In this document: positions 50,917-56,979 of the stretch, piece by piece
How the letters are laid out: each line of letters opens with the position of its first letter
How positions within the stretch are numbered: the first letter of the stretch is position 1
DNA from: Octopus bimaculoides
Lineage: Eukaryota
Reading direction: 5' to 3'
DNA length: 56,979 nucleotides
Assembly (NCBI RefSeq): GCF_001194135.2
Contig: NC_068995.1
Location: 6,844,175-6,901,153 of the forward strand
Position numbers and translations under genes: made by a program
Notes under the pieces: model-generated
Database searches by the model: none
What the model was told of the DNA's origin: nothing
What the model saw: only the letters and a program-made list of their open reading frames with translations

Positions 50917-51226
50917 TTATGAAACCAATGAAAGAATAAGATCTATATTTACATGTGTAATGTGATCCCTGAATGCCCCTTCTAGTAACTCAGAATTTGA
51001 CAAACATTTGGTGGCTGGGAACTTCACCACTTTCTCACTGTCCCTTGCTGGGTCCACAAGCAGTGTCGGAATATAATCTACATCATGACGGTTTTTGCTG
51101 ATTTTCCCAGACTTAAAGTGCACCGAACAGATCCAGGTGCTATTATTTGGAAGCCAATTACTGGGCAGACCAATTTTCTTGATGAACTTGCTCCGCTGGT
51201 ACTTTCCTCTTGGAATTCGGTAAAAT
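50917..51226 (-). CDS. THAP-domain protein, coding exon 2 (3' end uncertain: stop at 50917 if unspliced, or donor GTGAGA after 51039)
   Basis: TTCTTTTTACACAG acceptor; FYRIPRGKYQRSKFIKKIGLPSNWLPNNSTWICSVHFKSGKISKNRHDVDYIPTL supplies the conserved P, ICSxHF and the (V/I)PT box. Confidence 0.8.
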
Positions 51227-52237
51227 CTGTGTAAAAAGAAAATAATTGCAAAAAATAAGAAAATAAAAAGTTAAAATTCAGAGTAAAAAATTTATATTTA
51301 ACACCATAGTATTTAAACTGGCCATATCTGGCGCAGGAGTGGCTGTGTGGTAAGTAGCTTGCTTACCAACCACATGGTTCTGGGTTCAGTCCCACTGCGT
51401 GACACCTTGGGCAAGTATCTTCTGCGATAGCCTCAGGCCGACCAAAGCCTTGTGAGTGGATTTGGTAGACGGAAACTGAAAGAAGCCCGTCGTATATATG
51501 TATACCCTTGTAAAATTAGTGTCAGTTATAATCCGAAATCAACTTTCAGCTTTTGTGGTTTTGCTGCAACGAGAGACATAATTAGAAAAGCCGGAGAGGC
51601 AATGAGCAGGCGGATCTGTTAACGGTGTCAGGCAAATTGCTTTGCAGCATTTCTACCCGTTTTCACAGTCCGAGTACAAATACTGCAGAGGCCAACTTTA
51701 CCAGTCATATACTAGGGTCGATGCTATCACCTAAACCCCATTCCCCTCAAAATTACTGACCTTTTACTTAAAATGGATACAATTATAAAGACTGGCAGGC
51801 GGGTATGGAGGCAGGTAATTTTAAGTAAAAGAAAAACGAAAAGAAAAATGAGCCACCGACGTGCTAGAAAGAGCAATGATATCTCCTTTAGTTCACTCGC
51901 TTTATTGTCTTGGAGGGGGACGGACAGATTCGGTTAAAGTGGATCTGGATAGAATTGGAAAAAAATTAACCAAAGGACTGTTGGACCAGAAGAGTTTGAC
52001 CTGGGTTAAAACAATAACAACAACTGATGATTGGGCTTCTGTGAGGTCATAGAAATAGCAGCCAAAGTCCCTTAAACCGTACTTTAAAGTCTTAAAAACG
52101 AAAGAAAGAAAGAAAGGATGCAAGCCAAGAACGTGCTAGAAATAGCAATGATATTTCCCTCAATTCTTATCACCTTTGAAAGGAGAAGGATATATCTGAT
52201 TAAAGTGGATCTGGAGACACACACACACACGTATGAC

Positions 52238-52270
<33 letters not shown>

Positions 52271-52411
52271 AGCAATTAGAAAATGGAGGAGAATATGCGG
52301 TACCCATCGACTTGCAGACACTGTATTCCGTTGAATGGGTACCCTCCCAGCAGTATATTGGATAGATACTATCCCTTAGTGGGTTGAATCCTCAACCCCT
52401 AACTCTCTTGC

Positions 52412-52453
<42 letters not shown>

Positions 52454-53029
52454 AGCAAGGAATGTTATACAACAATAACAACAGCCGATGAGTGACCCCT
52501 TTACGTGGTCGTCGTAAAAATAGCAGCCAAATACCTTAAGCCACACTGTAAGGACTTGAAAAAAAAAGAAAGGAAAAGAGTAAGATAAGGACATATAGAA
52601 TTATGTAGTGTGAAAGCGTGTCTGAGGAATGGTCACGGTAGGAATGTACATGATTCTTAGGTGTATGACATGAAGGGCTAAACAACAAACATCAAATCAC
52701 AACAGCAGTGACAGCAACAACAACATGGTAAAACGCCATTTCCACGTTGGAGCGAAACACGTCAACAAATCCTTTAACTGCCATGTTTCGGAGGGAAAAA
52801 AAGCGAACATCAACAACATTATTCAACAGGGATTTCGTTTTTTATTAGACACAGGGACAGATCAGATAATAACAGTAATAGTAGAGGTGTTAATGGTGAT
52901 AATAAGGTAGGATATTAATGGTTAAAAGGAACAACAACAAGAAGACTATTGTTGGAAAATAACGTAATCAATGACAACAGCAATGAGCATGAAACAAAAT
53001 TAAAAAAGAGTAAATTTAAGAAATACTAA

Positions 53030-53280
53030 CATACATGTATATAAAGGATGTATATATATGTATATATATGCATGCGTGTGTGTATGTGTACATATATATA
53101 TATATGTGTATGTGTGTGTGTATGCATGTATATACATATATGCATGCGTATGTATGTGTGTATGCAGGAATGTATGTATATGTGTGTGTCTGTGCAGGAA
53201 TGTTGTGTGTGTGTGTGCAGGAATGTATGTATGTGTGTGTATGCAGGAATGTCTCTGTGTGTGTGTGTGTGTGTGTGTTT
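53030..53280. repeat. (GT/AT)n microsatellite at the start of THAP intron 1
   Basis: Direct inspection. Confidence 0.85.
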
Positions 53281-53307
53281 CTTCATAAACAAATAAAATA
53301 AACAAAC

Positions 53308-53372
53308 CGTAATTTTTTGCTGGACGAATGTCGATTGTTACAACCAACAACACAACAAGTTGCGGCTGGCAT
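53308..53372 (-). CDS. THAP-domain protein, coding exon 1
   Basis: MPAATCCVVGCNNRHSSSKKL(R), matching the THAP CxxxxCxN start; GT donor at 53307; phase 2 matches the acceptor at 51228-51227. Confidence 0.8.
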
Positions 53373-54165
53373 TCTCAGCTGGGTTCACTTTAAATATTAC
53401 TATTACTATTACTATTACTATTATTATTACTATTATTATTATTTCAGCAATCCGGTCTTCTCAATCATCAAATAGGGAGAGAGAGAAAAAAATAAGGGTG
53501 TTTATATATATGCTTTCTTTTTTGGTGTTTAAAAGAGGAAAGAATCCACAAACAGATAAATATAAAAGGCGACTTGGTTTTAAAGCTTCGGTCGTCGTCG
53601 TCGTGGCGGATGAGAAAATGCCACGAGCTTTCAGCTGATGGTTTTATTTATTTCTTTCTGGATCTCGTCACGTAACGTGTTTATTAAAGTTGCTTCCCCT
53701 GGTAGTGTTCTTTACTGTTTAGAGGTAAGAACAACATGCTGTGCCAAACAATAACAAAAATATTTCGATGTAGTGGGCGGGGTCGGTGTGTTGTGGTGTT
53801 CATGCCTTTTCTCATAGCATTAATGATAAATATATATAAGAACTTACAACTTCTCTGTACTCGACTGACGTTTCTGAAGTCCGTATATTGAGTTCTAATT
53901 CCCAAGTTATTACTATCGCAATGTTTGAGCACTATATTTATTTGTATGGCTATTTTATTTGTTTCAGAGTCATTTGACTGCGGCCATGCTAGAGCACCGC
54001 CTTTAGTCGAACTAAGAGACTCCAGGACTTATTCTTTGTAAGCCTAGTACTTATTCTATCGGTCCCTTTTGCTGAATCTCGAAGTTACGGGGACCTAAAC
54101 ACACCAGCATCGGTTGTCAAGCAATGCTAGGGGGACAGACACACACACACATATATATATATATA

Positions 54166-54428
54166 GGTAATCTTCAAGTTTAGGGGGATAAAAAAAAATA
54201 TTCAAGGGAAGTAACTGAACGTCTTACCAGTATTCTCCGTACATCTCTGTTTATAAATAAATCACACACGTGATTTGATTGACGTTAGGGTTAAGGTTAG
54301 GATTAGGGTTAGGGTGTGATTTATTTATAAACAGCTAGAAGAAAACGGATAATACTGGTAAGTCGTTCAGTTATTTCCCTTGAATATTTTTATTTATTTT
54401 TTTTATCCCCCTAAACTTGAAGATTACC
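54166..54428. mobile_element. TA-flanked MITE with long TIRs and a central TTAGGG tract
   Basis: GGTAATCTTCAAGTTTAGGGGGATAAAA...TTTTATCCCCCTAAACTTGAAGATTACC; near-palindromic over about 100 bp per arm; TA on both sides; TTAGGGTTAAGGTTAGGATTAGGGTTAGGG at 54285-54314. Confidence 0.8.
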
Positions 54429-55355
54429 TACGTCTATACTGAAATACAGAGTCCAGATACCTCCTCGAGTCATACTGACTCATAACAGCCAGTTTCCTGG
54501 TTTCTGTGGTGTTTGAATTATATTTCCCAGCAGTCAATCTCAGGATGACTCATTTTAGCCAGCTGAGTGGACTGGAGCAATGGAGCAACGTGAAATGAAG
54601 TGTTTTGCTCAAGAGCACAACACGTCGACCAGTCCAGGAATCGAAACCACAATCTTATGACTCTGAGTCCAACACCCAAATCACTCAGCCACATGCCTCC
54701 ACATTTAATGACTTGATGTAAGCAATACAAAAATGAATGTAAAAAAAAACAACATTGTATCGGATATACATTATAAAGAATGATTAGTTAAATAAATGGT
54801 TTAAAATATTTGCCACAAGAGCAGCTTGTGAGAAGGGACCCCAGTGCGTAACTGGTATTCATTCAATTAACCCCAAAAGGATGAAACACAAAGTCGACCT
54901 TGGCGGAATTTGAACCCAGAACTTAGCAACAGATAAAATACCGCTAAGCAATTCGCCCGGTGTGTTAACAATTCTGCCAGCTCACCACCTTTGAATAGTT
55001 AAATAATAAATAATGCATGAGTTTTGGTAATTAATGTTAGGAACCTAAAATGTTTTATCATGAATCCTGGACATTGCTGAAATGAATCTCTCTTGGTAAG
55101 TGTGCCAGCAATGCAACCATGAAACCACGGAGTTACAGCGAAATTTCACCCACTCAGGCCAACAGGGTCCAATCCAAGCCTACATCATACATTTTCCCAA
55201 CCCAACCCAACCAATCAATCAGAGAGTCCTTTCTTTAAAGGCAAGCAACAGTCTCCATGGCAACAGCAAGCACAGCATGATTCTACATCAGTCATCTGTA
55301 GACTAATCAGCGTTTAACACCAGTTTATGTAACCAGACTTGTTTAGTCAATCAGG

Positions 55356-55403
<48 letters not shown>

Positions 55404-56979
55404 CCTATATGGACATGGATGACAGACCAGTTATGAAGTTTCAATAACTAAAATGATGGACAAGGCTTTCACAAGCAACCCAGATTAGATGTACCGGCTT
55501 GCAGGACAGCAACCGGCCTCAACAACTGTGCGCTAATAGAATTACCATAATCCAGTGTTTCATCANNNNNNNNNNNNNNNNNNNNNNNNNNNNNNNNNNN
55601 NNNNNNNNNNNNNNNNNNNNNNNNNNNNNNNNNNNNNNNNNNNNNNNNNNNNNNNNNNNNNNNNNNNNNNNNNNNNNNNNNNNNNNNNNNNNNNNNNNNN
55701 NNNNNNNNNNNNNNNNNNNNNNNNNNNNNNNNNNNNNNNNNNNNNNNNNNNNNNNNNNNNNNNNNNNNNNNNNNNNNNNNNNNNNNNNNNNNNNNNNNNN
55801 NNNNNNNNNNNNNNNNNNNNNNNNNNNNNNNNNNNNNNNNNNNNNNNNNNNNNNNNNNNNNNNNNNNNNNNNNNNNNNNNNNNNNNNNNNNNNNNNNNNN
55901 NNNNNNNNNNNNNNNNNNNNNNNNNNNNNNNNNNNNNNNNNNNNNNNNNNNNNNNNNNNNNNNNNNNNNNNNNNNNNNNNNNNNNNNNNNNNNNNNNNNN
56001 NNNNNNNNNNNNNNNNNNNNNNNNNNNNNNNNNNNNNNNNNNNNNNNNNNNNNNNNNNNNNNNNNNNNNNNNNNNNNNNNNNNNNNNNNNNNNNNNNNNN
56101 NNNNNNNNNNNNNNNNNNNNNNNNNNNNNNNNNNNNNNNNNNNNNNNNNNNNNNNNNNNNNNNNNNNNNNNNNNNNNNNNNNNNNNNNNNNNNNNNNNNN
56201 NNNNNNNNNNNNNNNNNNNNNNNNNNNNNNNNNNNNNNNNNNNNNNNNNNNNNNNNNNNNNNNNNNNNNNNNNNNNNNNNNNNNNNNNNNNNNNNNNNNN
56301 NNNNNNNNNNNNNNNNNNNNNNNNNNNNNNNNNNNNNNNNNNNNNNNNNNNNNNNNNNNNNNNNNNNNNNNNNNNNNNNNNNNNNNNNNNNNNNNNNNNN
56401 NNNNNNNNNNNNNNNNNNNNNNNNNNNNNNNNNNNNNNNNNNNNNNNNNNNNNNNNNNNNNNNNNNNNNNNNNNNNNNNNNNNNNNNTATATATATATAT
56501 ATATATATATATAATTACTGATATTTTATATTTTATATTTCATATAATATATATGTAAGGCATAATGTCATATATGTATGTATATTGTTATAATTGTCCA
56601 TTTAGTAAATAAATAAATTGACATAATATAATGTCTAAAAGTTGATGAATACCACCTGATAATCCCCTCCATTGCTCTCTCTATACATGTGTGTGTGTGC
56701 GTGTGTATGTGTGTGTACGTGTGTGTGTATGTATGTGTGTGTATATGTTTGTATGTGTCCCCCGACATCGCTTGACAACCGATACTGGTGTGTTTACATT
56801 CCCGTAACTTAGCAGTTCAGCAAAAGAGAACCGATAAAATAAGTACTGGGCTTACAAAGAATAAGTCCCGGAGTCGATTTGGTCAACTGAAGGTGGTGCT
56901 CCAGCATGGCCACAGTCAAAATGACTGAAACAAGTAAAAGAGTAAAAGAGTATATATATGTATATATATATATATATAT

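Overview
AT-rich, intron-rich animal genomic DNA with scaffold gaps, dense SINE/MITE content and many microsatellites. The repeat families suggest an octopus/cephalopod genome (inference). Four protein-coding genes were assembled by hand from splice signals: (1) the 5' end of an unidentified Asp/Ser/Thr-rich protein gene (-, ATG 573, running off the window start); (2) a 4-exon p24-gamma cargo receptor, TMED5/TMED1-like (+, 4880-15173, 242 aa), head-to-head with gene 1; (3) an 11-coding-exon Holliday junction resolvase GEN1 (-, 36521-22429, about 1,515 aa) whose 3.3-kb last exon carries a 48-bp/16-aa tandem repeat rich in TQ motifs; (4) a THAP (C2CH zinc finger) gene (-, ATG 53372) that the ORF track largely misses because the domain is split by an intron. 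The most unusual non-coding structures are a short repeat family joining a tRNA-like Pol III head to a minimal Penelope-type hammerhead ribozyme (three copies), two unrelated palindromic MITEs that each carry telomeric TTAGGG repeats in the centre, and a promoter-like YY1/NRF1/ETS motif cluster inside GEN1 intron 1. All homology calls come from recognising motifs by eye; no database search was run.
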